DNA of 63,402 nucleotides, counting the filler, from Dimargaris cristalligena (taxonomy: Eukaryota), in assembly GCA_003614675.1 (NCBI GenBank). It is 29 parts of 29 records of this genome, joined end to end, with 100 filler letters (N's around TTAATTAATTAA, not from the genome) between each part and the next. Parts side by side here need not be neighbours in the genome. Positions count along the whole stretch, not along the records: positions 24,272 to 26,369 come from ML004369.1; positions 26,470 to 28,564 come from ML004370.1; positions 28,665 to 30,760 come from ML004371.1; positions 30,861 to 32,954 come from ML004372.1; positions 33,055 to 35,149 come from ML004373.1; positions 35,250 to 37,339 come from ML004374.1; 23 more parts are not named here. One strand, written 5' to 3'. The translations under genes were made by a program, and so were the position numbers. Every line of letters starts with the position of its first letter. Position 1 is the first letter of the stretch. The notes below the pieces were generated by a model, which worked only from the letters and a program-made list of their open reading frames with translations, made no database searches and was not told where the DNA came from. Below, piece by piece: positions 26,103 to 36,393 of the stretch.

Positions 26103-26758
26103 GCTGAGTGCATTGGCTTGGGCTATATCAGATCGACGATGAGCGTTCGCGGTTAAAAGAGGGGAATTCCGGCTAAACCGAGGGTATGGAGTACAAGTTA
26201 CTGGATGTTAAGGAGGGTGTGACACAAGCTCATGCCTAATCAGTACATGCTGTACTGACATGGGTCGGGATAGATTATCCTCTCCACAAGACAAACTAGT
26301 CGCGACCTTCGTCATGTGATCCCTGCGCATCCTACAGTTACACCCTTGCAGGAGTATTCGGAAGACCTANNNNNNNNNNNNNNNNNNNNNNNNNNNNNNN
26401 NNNNNNNNNNNNNTTAATTAATTAANNNNNNNNNNNNNNNNNNNNNNNNNNNNNNNNNNNNNNNNNNNNCTCTCCCAAAAACTCTACTATTGATGGGAGT
26501 GACCCCATATCTAGTGAGTACTGGCAGTCATACTTCATAAGAATTAGGACTAGCTATATAATAGGTGTTATGGCTGCTCCGTAGATGCTCTTCAGTTTAC
26601 TAGAATTCCTACCACTAATATATTTCTTTATTACATCTCCTTTGCTATATTTCCCTAATAAAATGTGTATCTTACTTACTTAATTCAACAGTCTCATCAC
26701 TTGAATTTGTAACCTATTTCTTTTTTGCTATGCCACACTGTCCAATTCATTGGGCCAC

Positions 26759-27249
26759 ATGAGGGCCTACAATAATCTCATTGGGGGTTCCCTTAAGTTG
26801 AAAGGAAAAGGTGGGAGAGTTACTAAGTAAGTTCTACCTCCATCCCAGGGTGATTTGTTTACATATATTCCAATGAAATACCAGGGTGGTTTCTACCTCC
26901 TGCCTCAGTATTGCATTAGGCAAACCCATTTTACATTGAAACTGGAACTACACTAATCCCTCAGACTTGACATACCCCATTGAAGTAACTCACCTAACTC
27001 TTGCATATACTAATTGTGTCCCATCTATACATCTTTATAGCCCCTTACTCCACCACTTATAGAAAAAGTAAAAAATCCAGGAAGTTGAAAAAAGCTGACC
27101 ATAGTAGTAGTTGTAGTAGTGGTAAATTGATTGCTAAGTAATATGACAAGAGCCAAGACAACAATTCCAGTCAGATACTCACTCCCACTGAAGTATTAGT
27201 AGCCAAAACTAAGGCCAAGATTGAATCTGGGAAGGCACAGGAAAGATGG
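26759..27249 (+). pseudogene. FAM32A/DUF1754-like gene fragment, copy 2 (exon 26759-26826, intron 26827-27062, exon 27063-27249)
   Basis: MRAYNNLIGGSLKLKGKGGRVTK|KSKKSRKLKK...KTKAKIESGKAQERW; one in-frame TAA; no CpG in the exons. Confidence 0.75.
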
Positions 27250-27640
27250 GTAAATTTGTGGATTGATTATTTGTCAGTTTGGTGGCAACTGGGGACTAGT
27301 TAGTTAGCTGGGCTCTCTCATTCTGTAGCTCTAAGAGTGTTTTTACATTTCAATATATGCTCATTCTATTTGATTTGAAAATAGCTAAGGTTATACCCCC
27401 CTTCCCTGCTCTTTCTCTCCTTGGTATATATTACTATCTAAAACTAGTTTGATGGAAACTGTGGATACTGACATATATGGCCTTCTTTATTTGTCACCCT
27501 AGTTAACTACCCTTAGTCCATCAAGAGTCCTGAAGATAGGCTTCTAAAAGTAGGTGGGGCTTTAGACTCAGCTAAGTAGGCTACTAGCATTAGATACAGG
27601 TGTAATGACATGACCCAGAGATCTGGGAGGGGTTAAAGAT

Positions 27641-27863
27641 TGTTGAAATACTAAGGTCATAAAGGAAATAAAACTGGAAGTAAGGGAAGAAAGAAGCAAG
27701 AGGACAATAGGTACCTCTAGGTGGTTAGTTTTATTGAACTGTAATTTCTGTGGGGTGAAATATAAGTGGCTACCATGAATGATCTCATGATAGCAGAATA
27801 AACTAATGTAATTGGGTAAAAATAGGATAGAATAAAGAATATGTAGGAATATATTCTTCAACA
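27641..27863. mobile_element. Solo LTR family V
   Basis: TGTTG...CAACA ends; TSD AAGAT/GAGAT. Confidence 0.85.
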
Positions 27864-28209
27864 GAGATAGCCTACCAGGTTGAGATAACTATGGTCAAGA
27901 AACAGAAGTTAGCCTAAATGCCTATTAGTTTAGGGATGTAGACTGGGAGGGCAAAGGTAATACTACTGTCTCTTGTGGAGAGATTGATTGGGGATGGCTT
28001 GAGCAAAACATATGGAAAAAGTTTAACCAGGCTGTATAATGATAAATCTATTAAATGAGGTAAAAGTCTCTATTTAAAAATGAATCTCCCACATATTTCC
28101 CCATACATCCATTATTCAAAACTTTATACAGCTGCACTGAATTCCACCTATATTATAAACTGAAGATAGAGTGACTAGAGTATCAATATTGAAAGATATT
28201 AAATGGGTT

Positions 28210-28564
28210 TGTTACCCAGGTTAACCACTCTTAGTCTATTAAGAGCCCCAAGGATAGGCTTCTAATAGTAGGTGGGGCTTAGGCTTGGCTAAGCAGGCTG
28301 CTAGCATTAAGTACAGGCACCATACTAACTAATAAAGGCTATAAGTACAGGTATAGGTAAGGGATATGCAGTAGGCACACTTACTAGTTAGTAAAAAGGG
28401 AGTAAGTGTATATAAAGTTTATTGGGGGTAAACTAGGGGTTAGGATAAGCTAAGGAATCTAACTGGTCCCAATGGGGCCTAGTTATATATGTATAGGGAC
28501 AACTCCAGAGGGAGGTCCCGGGGGAAGGATATTACTAAGACTAGGGTAAGATAAATAAGCCAAC
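28210..28564. mobile_element. Degenerate LTR family X (contig-truncated)
   Basis: TGTTACCCAGGTTAACCACTCTTAGTCTATTAAGAG is a decayed form of the sequence starting at 34793. Confidence 0.85.
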
Positions 28565-28664
28565 NNNNNNNNNNNNNNNNNNNNNNNNNNNNNNNNNNNN
28601 NNNNNNNNTTAATTAATTAANNNNNNNNNNNNNNNNNNNNNNNNNNNNNNNNNNNNNNNNNNNN

Positions 28665-30005
28665 CCTACTGTTAGAAGCCTACCCCCGAGACTCTTGACG
28701 GACTAAGAGTGGATAACTCGGGCGACAGCTAGTAGGAAAGGAATAAAAGAAGGATACATATATAGAAACAATTTTTTACATGAATATTATTCTTTTCTAC
28801 TTCAGGGAAACTAATATTTTTATGGAATAATTTTTCTTTCCCCTCTATGAACTGTTGGCCCTCCTTATCCAACCTAATCTAGACTTAACAATTGTCTGTC
28901 CTTATTAGGCCTTAAAACACCATATTAACCCTCCCATAGTCACCCCCAGTACTATGGGATCATTATATATTATATAACCCTTCTCCTTCTGGACCTGATC
29001 CTTCATAAAAAACACTCAACTGACTGATCTAAATGACTCTTCCAGTTCCTATGAGAGTCTTCCAGATACAAAGTTGTCAGGCCGGACTCCTTATCTACCT
29101 ATACCTTAGTCTTTGTAGCATTTCCCTTTGGACCTCCCTCTGGAGCTGTCCCCTTATATATATAATAGGGCCCCACTGGGACCAGTTTGACTTAGCAGCT
29201 TATTTCTTACCCCCATAATTTATCTCTAATAAACTCTATATATACTCACCCACTTCATGTCCCTTACATTTCCCTATACATATCCTTTATTAATCAGTAC
29301 TATACCCTATCCTAATATTAGTAGCCCACTTGGCTAAGTCTAAGCCCTACCTACTGTTGTCACAGTATGGTATTATTAGGCTACTAAAATGAATAACAAA
29401 ATATATTAAAAAGGGTAGGTTAGCTTCTCCAGGTAAACTGGTTTATCACTTGTTACCTAAATTGACTGCTCTTAGTCCATCAAGAGTCTTGGGGTTAGGC
29501 TTCTAATGGTAGGTGGGGCTTAGACTCAGCCAAGTGGGCTACTAGCATTAGGGCAGATCAGTACTAACTAATAAAAAAGAGGGTTCAAGCTAATGCAAGG
29601 GTTGTGCAGTAGGTACACTTACTGGCTAGTATAATGGGTGAGTATATAAGGAGTTTATAAAGGTAAACTATGGGGGGTAAGAGATAAGCTAAGGAACTGA
29701 ACTGGTCCCAGAGGGGCCCAGTTATTTATACAAGGGGACTGCTCATAACAAGAGGTCCCTAAGAGAATGGGATGACTAAATAAATAGGTGAGGGTCGGAG
29801 TCTTGCCCAGGTGGGCTTGCTTCTGGAAGACTCCACTGGGAAAGGAGGAATGTTGGATCAGCTGGTGGAGTATTATGTGAGAAGTGTTGGGACCCAGTCA
29901 TAGTAGGTCATATAGTAAAGGAGGGGTAATATGGTACTATAAGGTAAGATAGGATGGGATGATCATTATTCCTATATTTAGGAAGGATTAGGTGGACAGA
30001 TAATA
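28665..30005. mobile_element. Cluster of family X LTRs: intact end 28665-28727, degenerate about 28853-29356 and 29451-30005
   Basis: Shared family X blocks in both orientations. Confidence 0.8.
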
Positions 30006-30247
30006 TATTTATTATATAATTAAAATAAGAAGTAATAAAAAAGGATACTAATGATTGAATATAATTAATGAGTAAATAGGGTTAATATTAATCTATGGAG
30101 CTCTGCCTTGTCAAGCTATCCCTTCCTACTTATTTTAGAGAATTCAGAGGCCCAAGTCAGGATGATGTGCCCATAGTAATATTAGCTAGTCCTCTATGTG
30201 GATTGTTCTCAACTAGAGGTAGTTCCACTCTGGCTATATGCTTGCTG

Positions 30248-30760
30248 TGTTGCCAACGATTTGAGGGACTCTGCTGGCGTGCCTTTGGGAGAGTTGGCAG
30301 GAGGGGGAGCCTCCGGTTTCTTTCCGCTAGACGGCTCGCCGTATTTTGTCATGTAATGCGGAACGTTGGGCTTTGCTGGGTTCAGGGGGGTCGAGACCGA
30401 GGTGGCCTTAGGGAAGTCGCCGCTGGTGTTCTGGTCGGCCATTGCGTCGTAGGTTGTTAAAGTCAAAATAAAAAATAAAAACGTTAAAAAAAACGGTGTA
30501 ATCAATTTAGTACTTGGAGGTACTAAAACTTCGAACTGAATAAATAAAAAATAAGTAAATCAGAGCAGTAGTAATAAAATAACTGATAATAATAAAACTG
30601 GGTAAAAGGTTAATCGTCGGTATCGTCTGGTGAAGTTAAAACATATATTTATTCGTTTATCTCGAAACTAACTTGTCCAGTGAAGTTAAAACAGATATGT
30701 ATTCATTTATCTCGAAACTAACTTGTCCCTTGAAGTTAAAACAGATATGTATTCATTTAT
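30248..30760 (-). mobile_element. CpG-intact LTR-like end containing a 65-codon ATG frame (ATG at 30442)
   Basis: The CpG-rich segment stops abruptly at ...GGCAACA; MADQNTSG...SLAT is open up to that boundary. Confidence 0.5.
30631..30760. repeat. 50-bp tandem repeat, at least 2.6 copies, running off the contig end
   Basis: TGAAGTTAAAACA... at 30631, 30681 and 30731. Confidence 0.95.
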
Positions 30761-30860
30761 NNNNNNNNNNNNNNNNNNNNNNNNNNNNNNNNNNNNNNNN
30801 NNNNTTAATTAATTAANNNNNNNNNNNNNNNNNNNNNNNNNNNNNNNNNNNNNNNNNNNN

Positions 30861-31267
30861 GGCTTGTCTGGATTCGCCTTGACCATTTCCATCGTTATGT
30901 TCGCACGCAAACTTAAATAGCCATAATCCCATGGTTTATCCGGGTTCGTGTTGATCACATCCATGGTAATGTCTGGACGAAAATTTAAACCTCTCAATTT
31001 CCACGGCATCTCAGAATTTGATGTGATCATTTCAATGCTAATGTTCTCATTTTCCACCAAATTCGAATAATCCCATAATTTGTTTGGATCCCCCTTGACA
31101 ATTTCCATAGTGATGTTGGGATTCAAACTCAAATAGCAGTGGTCCCACGGTTTTTCGGGATTTTCATTAATAGAATCCATTTTAATGTTTGGATCACAAC
31201 TCAAATCGCAATAATTCCATGGAGCGTTTGGATTGGCATTAAAAATAAGTTGCGATTGGTTCGACAT
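30861..31267 (-). CDS. 24-aa repeat protein (NPDKPWDYxxLSxNPNITME type), giant-virus-like, 3'-truncated
   Basis: Five full repeats plus the start of a sixth; intronless and AT-rich. Confidence 0.75.
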
Positions 31268-31471
31268 GGTGCAATTAGATTTGCATTGTTCTTCGTTATC
31301 CTTTGTGAATTTTATTGAATTATTATTTATTTATCGATAAAGATTTTTGTTTTTTTCAGTGATCAGCTAAGGGTTTAGCATCTGCGTTCTAATGCAAGAA
31401 GCACGTTATTTGGAAGCAATTATGTGTAAAAAGTTATTGCATTAAAAGAAAACATCCAACTATAGACAAAC

Positions 31472-32350
31472 ATGAAAAACATTTTATCGATAGATGTTGG
31501 CGTCAAAAACCTTGCTTTGTGTTTGTTGCAAGAGGATAATCTGGGAGAAATAATTGTAACATTCTGGAATCTTTATGATGTCACCAGGCTTCATACGGAA
31601 AAAATGGAGGAAACTGCGGAATCAATTGCGAATCAAGATGTCAAAATTAGGAAAGCAAAAAACAAGGATATTTCTGTAGCACTAGACGCTTGCAAAAACA
31701 TCATAAGAAAGACTGGAAAACCATGTGGGATAATGGCGCCCTTGAACTCTAGAAATAGAGCATATTGTGGGAAAAATGACCCAACAAAGAAACATAAGCC
31801 GGAGGATACACAGCATTGGTGTTATCTCATGTTGCAGAGTCTCCCATTGATCACAAACGATCTTTCCAGAATCATAGAATCATTGCCTGAAGGAATTGCC
31901 AATCTTCAGATTCTGATTGAGCAGCAATCCATGGATAACAAAAAGATCCTCCTTCAAAGCCACATTATTTTTGGACATTTTGTAACTTTGTACGACAACC
32001 TTGTTCCCGTTCGCTTTGTCCCAGCATACAATAAGCTCTGCATTTATGACGGACCAGAAATCGATTGTGCTCTCAAAACACCATACGCGAAAAGGAAATT
32101 CCTTCCTAGGAAACACACGGAATACTTTCTTGAAAAATTACCGAGTCTTTCATTGTGAAAAACATTCTTTCAAAGTGCAAAATCCAAACAAGATGATCTT
32201 GCAGATTCTTTTTTGCAAGGGTTATATTTTATCGAAGGCAAGGCACCGACATTAGTAACATATTCCCCTGACAATCATGAACAACCTATGAATACAAAAT
32301 GCAGAAAAGGAGAGAAAAGGTTAATTTTGGAACTGCGTCTGGTTTCCATT
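31472..32350 (+). pseudogene. RuvC-like Holliday junction resolvase (poxvirus A22/NCLDV type) with a premature TGA
   Basis: ILSIDVGVKNLA and ILIEQQ motifs. After TGA 32156-32158 the frame continues KTFF..KQDDLADSFLQG (DDLAD at 32192-32206). The 3' end is approximate. Confidence 0.85.
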
Positions 32351-32371
32351 AAAATTGTAAGCATTTTTCAA

Positions 32372-32954
32372 ATGGTAAATAAAGAAAAATAACAAAGCAA
32401 CAAATCTATCCTATTCTATGGAAATTGTCAATTAAAAGCTCTCAGCGAATATCTTTCTCAGCACTCTCATTTTGTAAACAAATACACTTGGGGAATTTTT
32501 TACATTCATGAAGATGTATATCACTCCTCAAAGAAATGACTGAATGGCTGGAAAATTGTTCCTGCATGATTTATCAGCATGTGTCTCCAACCCTTCTCGT
32601 TAGTAAAAATGATGCATCTATCGATTGAGATTCTTTCACGCCGCCTGAACTGATCAAAACATTTTCAATTAGACATACCATTTCTCTGCCAAGCTTGTAT
32701 TTCTCTGGCTATTTCCCAGAGCCCATTGGAGCAGACGCACCAGTGTTGAAGAAGATGATAAAGTATAAAAATCGTTTCCTTCCATTGAGCCACATTATCC
32801 CTAATTATTCCTTGAATTCAAAACTTTGGGCTTACATTAATCTTGGTTATGATATTGGGGAACTTTGGAAGCATGTTACCAAAGATGATTTCGTTCATAA
32901 CGCAATAACAGAAAGCAATCTTTTGACAACCTGGCAAGACTTGAAGTAAATTGG
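32372..32954 (+). pseudogene. WcbI-like polysaccharide biosynthesis protein, disrupted
   Basis: ILFYGNCQ, CMIYQHV and PSLYFSGYFP motifs. TAA at 32390, frameshift near 32530, TGA at 32626. Confidence 0.65.
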
Positions 32955-34497
32955 NNNNNNNNNNNNNNNNNNNNNNNNNNNNNNNNNNNNNNNNNNNNTT
33001 AATTAATTAANNNNNNNNNNNNNNNNNNNNNNNNNNNNNNNNNNNNNNNNNNNNCCCTGATAAGGTTATCGGGCTATATTACCTTGTGGCATTAATTGCA
33101 ACCACAACACAGGACTGATAAAAGCTTATTGCACATCGATTATATCTGGTGCGACTATTTCCGAATTTATCCATATTATTACAACAGAGGCATTGTCATT
33201 GGTCCCTGCGAAGTACTCCATCGTCATATCTGAACCCGTGGGTGGAAAGTATACCGCCGAAAATGAGATCAGGCGTAAAAACTGAGGCCACCGATGACGA
33301 AGTACCTTCTCTGGTGACTATAATCTCGTCGAATATGTTCGCAAGACGGGGTGCGGAACCCCGAGCATGATCCTAAGTATAACCCCGCCCGAATATATTG
33401 CCCGTTTCCATGGCTATGGTTATTTGCTCCCGAGCTTCAGATTGAATAAATATCTAAATTGTTTAAAGTAATAGACCGCTCGCTAATCATGAGAAGAGGT
33501 CCACGAGGTTGAATATAAAAGTATACAGTATTAATAAAGCATACTGCCGTTTCTTTGACCTTGTAGATCCATTCAATTATTTTATTTAAAAAATACGCTA
33601 CTTGTTAAAAATACTTTATTAATTTTTTTCCCGACACTGTTTTACCTCTCTGAAGTGGCCATCGTCCCCTTCTTTCCGGTCATTGTCCGCCACGGATTGA
33701 TGGTGTAGGCCGACAATTCGGCCTTTCTCACACTTGGTCACGGTTCTTTTCCATGCGGTAGGGCCACGCCTAATCCCCCCAGCCTCCCAAGCCCTATCAC
33801 TGCAATTACACCAGTGGGCGGCTGGAATCATCATTATTATCATAAAAAGGAAAAAAACTTCATGAGATTTGATAGAAGGCCTATAAAACACTGGATAAAG
33901 CAAGGTGTGTACTATCCAAGTGGCAAATAGAATCCATGTCCATCAGTACATATCGAATATTCAGTGCTAAAGTACACAATAACTAGCTAATCTGGTAGGC
34001 GGTATGTTTTATTGCACTGTACAGCAATACAGCCATGATATTTAATGTGCCACTACCGTAATTTTTCATAACCGGCATTATCACTGCTCCCCATTGAAAC
34101 AATTAAAAAACTATAAGCAAATTAATTAAACATTTCAATAAGGTGAACAAGTCCCCTAATGCCGACCAGTCTAAATTATCCAGTGCCAGTTTCTATAACA
34201 GCGTACTAATATTATCATGGCTGACCAAACATGAGCCTACATAGCAGCATGTATTATAATAGGTGAGAACATGATTGATTTGAAGTCCTCCATATGCAAC
34301 TACTGCTATGTAGCCTGCTTCTTATATGATTAGATTATTGTAATACATGTCTTTATAACTCATTGTGGGCTTACTTAAACCGTTTTTCTGGTATTTGGAG
34401 TTCATTTATTAGGTTACTCACTCACTAGGCTACTATTTAAAATCTTTTCCCTTATCTATTTATTGGTGAGTAGGATATTATAAGGCTGCAATCAAGC

Positions 34498-35149
34498 TGT
34501 TACCTAGGTTATCAGCTCTTAGTCTGTTAAGCATCCCAAGGACATGCTTCTAATATTAGGAGGGGGTTCGGGTTAGCTACATAGCTACTAGTGTCAGGTA
34601 CAGGGCTATGTCACTAACTAATAAAGTCTAGGAGTAATGTGTATGCAAGGGATGTGCAGTTGGGATGCTTACTAGCCAATATGGGGGATGAGTATGCAGT
34701 GGCTCCAAAAAGTGTATCAATGTTTTGCACTTTTGGATTTAAGGCAATATTACTCAGAAATAAATAGTTATAATAAAAAAAGCCTTTCCTTTTGTCGCCC
34801 GAGTTAACCACTCTTAGTCCGTCAAGAGTCTCGGGGGTAGGCTTCTAACAGTAGGCGGGGCGTTGGACACGGCCAAGCGGGCTACTAGTGTTAGGGGGGG
34901 ATGACAAGACTAACCGGATAAAGCAAGCGTAGGACGTAGGTGAGGTCCGTGCACTAGATGCACACTTACTGGTCAGTACTAGGGGGTGAGCATATATAGA
35001 GTTTATTGGGGTAAACTACGGGGGTAAGAATAAGCTCAGGTGCTAACCGGTCCCAAAGGGGAGCCCGGTTATATATACGCTGAGGATGCCTCCAAAGGGG
35101 AGGTCCTGAAGGGGGAACTACATAATGGCTAACAATAATGTGGAACCGG
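34498..35149. mobile_element. Nested stack: degenerate LTR X (34498-34696), Tc1 terminus (from 34697), intact LTR X (34793-35149)
   Basis: CAGTGGCTCCAAAAAGT..TTTTGCACTTTTGGATTTAA matches 4608 onward; TGTCGCCCGAG start at 34793. Confidence 0.8.
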
Positions 35150-35349
35150 NNNNNNNNNNNNNNNNNNNNNNNNNNNNNNNNNNNNNNNNNNNNTTAATTA
35201 ATTAANNNNNNNNNNNNNNNNNNNNNNNNNNNNNNNNNNNNNNNNNNNNCTGCTTCTTCATGGTGATGCGATCCTTGTAAGGTGACGGAGGTTACAGCGC
35301 GGGCGCACGGGTGACGGGAGATGGGATCACCCGTGCGGTAGTTGTTGAA

Positions 35350-35493
35350 TCAGTTGGTGCTGATTACGCGAGAGATCGTCGTGGTCGTGGTGCTCGCCAC
35401 CACAGTTCGGCCGACCCAGGTGATCGTCCACGCGGTCAAGAAGACCACGCTGAGGCCGATGAAGTGGGCGTCGAGGAAGTCGATGATCCCCAT
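35350..35493 (-). CDS. 47-aa small membrane protein, phage-like
   Basis: MGIIDFLDAHFIGLSVVFLTAWTITWVGR...; its ATG lies 1 nt after the upstream stop; high GC3. Confidence 0.6.
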   Translation of the reverse strand: MGIIDFLDAHFIGLSVVFLTAWTITWVGRTVVASTTTTTISRVISTN

Positions 35494-35494
35494 G

Positions 35495-35830
35495 TTACGC
35501 GGCTTCGGCGGTGTCGGTGGTCTTGGCAGACTTGCCGATCTCGTTCGCGATGCCCTTGGTCGACTGCCCGATGAGCCTGAGCAACGTGCTGTCGGTCTCG
35601 TTGTCGGCGAACATAGCCAGGGCGGCGATGATGAATGCCTGGTCGAAGAGCATCGCTTTCACGATGTCGCTCTCGACATTGGCGTCACTGAGCTGTTTGA
35701 CCTCGGTATCGCTCCGCGCCCCGACTGCGACGAGCGCGGCACAGAGGGGCTCGCCAGCCGCCAACAGCGTCTTCTTCAGCGCGGTCAGAATGATGGCGTT
35801 GTTTCCGAGAATGGTATTGGCTTCGAGCAT
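35495..35830 (-). CDS. Hypothetical phage-like protein, 111 aa
   Basis: AAAAGGA ribosome-binding site; co-oriented with its neighbours. Confidence 0.7.
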   Translation of the reverse strand: MLEANTILGNNAIILTALKKTLLAAGEPLCAALVAVGARSDTEVKQLSDANVESDIVKAMLFDQAFIIAALAMFADNETDSTLLRLIGQSTKGIANEIGKSAKTTDTAEAA

Positions 35831-35904
35831 AGTAGTCCGTCCTTTTGGTGGCGTGAGGGAATGGCAGCCGTCAGAGCGCCCCGTTCTCTGACGGCCGATA
35901 GACG

Positions 35905-36309
35905 TTACGGCTGCGGCTTCGGCGGCTGCCAGGGCATGGTCGTGACGAACAACCGGCTCTGGAAGGGCTGCGCGAAGACGGTGACTGCGCGGATGGTGTC
36001 GATGTCGCTCTCCGCATCGGCCGCGTTGCCGCGACGATCTGCGCCGACGATCAGGCCTTTGCCAGCGAACGGCTGGTGGCCTGTCGCCATGTGAAACCAG
36101 CGCTCCGCGTTCTTCATGATGCCCTCGTCGTCGACGAAGATCGCATCGCGCCCCTTGAGGACGCCCGCGTAGGCCGTGGTGAACGTGGTGACCGGCATGC
36201 TCTCATGCGACAGCACGCGGTAGTAGGTGTTGATATCGTCCCCGTCGACCTCGACGTGTTCGATCTTACAGGCGAAGGGGTCGATCAGGATGGCTTTGAC
36301 ATTGGGCAT
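35905..36309 (-). CDS. DUF3846-family protein
   Basis: KAILIDP, IFVDDEG and PFAGKGLIVG.D..G motifs. Confidence 0.75.
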   Translation of the reverse strand: MPNVKAILIDPFACKIEHVEVDGDDINTYYRVLSHESMPVTTFTTAYAGVLKGRDAIFVDDEGIMKNAERWFHMATGHQPFAGKGLIVGADRRGNAADAESDIDTIRAVTVFAQPFQSRLFVTTMPWQPPKPQP

Positions 36310-36326
36310 CGGCGTGACTTTCGCTT

Positions 36327-36389
36327 TGTGAGTCGATTGTGAGTCCTGTGAGTCGAGTTAGGTATTTCGACTCACAAGATCAGCGTCAA
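36327..36389 (-). promoter_or_regulatory. Putative promoter/operator: TTGACG plus four TGTGAGTC boxes
   Basis: Direct copies at 36327, 36338 and 36347 and an inverted copy at 36369; 10-bp perfect inverted repeat. The -10 element is non-canonical. Confidence 0.55.
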
Positions 36390-36393
36390 GGTG

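Noticed and set aside
30631-30760. CRISPR array
   Set aside because: Units are contiguous with no unique spacers, and no cas genes are present. The same applies to 57300-57617.
32156-32628. TGA-as-Trp genetic code in the virus-like contig
   Set aside because: Two TGAs fall at plausible Trp sites, but all other Trp codons are TGG, and a TAA and a frameshift also occur. Decay or sequencing error is simpler.
33700-33760. TKCEKGRIVGLH resembling a Tc1 N-terminal HTH
   Set aside because: Too short and frameshifted, with no downstream DDE motifs visible.
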